In this document: positions 18,795-20,000 of the stretch, one piece after another | Position numbering within the stretch: the stretch's first letter is position 1 | Layout of the letters: the number at the start of each line of letters is the position of its first letter | Assembly (NCBI GenBank): GCA_038087875.1 | Contig: JAXLNO010000155.1 | Span: 59,998-79,997, forward strand | DNA: 20,000 nucleotides | Reading direction: 5' to 3' | DNA from: Malacoraja senta | Lineage: Eukaryota | Made by a program: the position numbers and the translations under genes | Notes under the pieces: generated by a model | The model's database searches: none | Told to the model about the DNA's origin: nothing | The model's input: only the letters and a program-made list of their open reading frames with translations

Positions 18795-19172
18795 TGCTGT
18801 GGAGCCGGTTTTAGGCCCCACATCTGAGGAAGGATGCTGGCCCCCGGGAGAGGGTCCGGAGGAGGTTGATGAGAACGATCTTGGGAAATGGGTGGGTCAA
18901 CGTACGATGAGCGTTTGACGGCGCCGGGCCTGCACTCGCGTGGAGTTCGAACGTACTGAACGGCGAAAGACTAGGACAGAGTGGATGTGGAGAGGCTGTT
19001 TCCACTGGTGGGAGAGGCTAGGACCAGAGGGCACGGCATCAGAATAAAAGGATGTACCTTCAGGAAGATGAGGAATTTCTTTAGTCAGAGGGTGGTGAAT
19101 CTGTGGAATTATTTGGCTGTAGAGGCCGTCAGTGGATATTATTAAGGCAGAGTAAGGCAGATTCTTGAGTAG
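18795..19172 (+). mobile_element. Degraded CR1 RT/3' fragment
   Basis: Remnants of APHLRKD..ERVRRR..R and RKMRNFFSQRVVNLWN. Confidence 0.7.
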
Positions 19173-19244
19173 AACGAGTGTCTCTCTTCCCCCCCCCCCC
19201 CCCCAAACGACTGCTGTGATAAGGTTGGGACTGTAGATTGCCAT

Positions 19245-19277
19245 TGGCACCCGGGCAACCGCTAATTTCAAGCCCTG
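19245..19277. mobile_element. Orphan right end of the same hAT family as 15119-17141
   Basis: TGGCACCCGGGCAACCGCTAATTTCAAGCCCTG nearly matches 17109-17141. Confidence 0.75.
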
Positions 19278-19357
19278 CTGTATCTCCGTGGGTCCACTGT
19301 ATCAGACTGTTTCTCCGTGGGTCCAGTGTATCAGACTGTATCTCTGTGGGTTCACTG
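19278..19357. repeat. 29-bp tandem repeat, ~2.8 copies
   Basis: Unit CTGTATCTCCGTGGGTCCACTGTATCAGA. Confidence 0.9.
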
Positions 19358-19439
19358 CCCGCCTGTGCCCGCTCCACCCGCTGTCCTGGGAGGTGCGTGC
19401 CTGACCCGCCTCACGTTGTGCGTTGTGTTGGTGTGTCAG

Positions 19440-19590
19440 GTGGCTTCACACGGAGATCATGTTTGCGGTGGCACAGAAGAAGTGGCTGCACATCTACAAC
19501 AACCAGGGCATCGAGCTGCACTGCGTGAAGAAGTTCAACGATGTCCTCCGCATGGAGTTCCTCCCCTACCACTTCCAGCTGGCAACTTGC
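19440..19590 (+). CDS. WDR46: WDR46 (Utp7/BING4) internal coding exon, 151 bp, open frame; may belong to a pseudogene
   Basis: tcag|[51 protein letters not shown]|gtgagt versus WDR46 [50 protein letters not shown]. Confidence 0.9.
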
Positions 19591-19599
19591 GTGAGTTCC

Positions 19600-20000
19600 T
19601 CCACCCTCACTGCCCTCACTCACCACACACTCACCATCACTCACTCACTCACCCACGGTAACGTTCCCTCCTGGTCAGTGAGTGATTTAACGTTCTCTCT
19701 GTCTCTCTCTCACTCTCTCTTCCCCACCCCCACCCCATCCATGTGTGTGTGTGTGTTCTGTGCCACATGTCCATGTTGTCCACCCACGTGTGGGCTGTTT
19801 GCTCGGTGTGTACACGTCTGCCTGCGTGTTCGCCACATCCGTGTTCCCTGCGTGTGACGCATGTTCCTCTCCACACCTAAACTCCGCGTTTGGGATCTCT
19901 GCCCGTGTTTGTGTGTGTGTGTTTGTGCATGTGTGTGCGTTGTGCGTGTTCTGTGTGCATGTTTTCGTGCATTATGCACGTTTGTGTGTGTGTGTGTGTT
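19600..20000. repeat. (TCAC)n and (TG)n low-complexity intronic sequence
   Basis: Simple repeats seen directly. Confidence 0.8.

Noticed and set aside
15119..19277. One larger hAT element using the second right end
   Set aside because: The flank after 19277 (CTGTATCT) does not match the left flank TGGTGCTC either.
19278..19357. CRISPR-like 29-bp repeats
   Set aside because: The repeats are contiguous with no spacers, the context is eukaryotic and there are no cas genes.

Overview
Eukaryotic, repeat-dense DNA. The HE1/V-type tRNA SINEs, CR1 tails and Penelope-like fragments point to a cartilaginous fish, probably a skate or ray (inference). The AT-rich left ~15 kb holds four minus-strand exons of an unprocessed INF2 (inverted formin 2) pseudogene, with a nonsense codon, a 14-bp deletion, a +1 insertion and a Harbinger element inserted in a splice donor. 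Its introns carry a LINE 5' part interrupted by Tc1, the 3.1-kb non-autonomous Harbinger, and a near-complete 3.7-kb hAT-type transposon with 7-bp TSDs. The most interesting candidate is that this transposase ends in a domain resembling a Spindlin (Spin/Ssty) Tudor-like methyl-lysine reader. A non-autonomous hAT without a matching TSD (15119-17141) separates this block from a GC-richer block holding two plus-strand WDR46 exons, with the exon between them missing. This suggests a rearrangement or mis-assembly. Protein comparisons are from memory, not from database searches.
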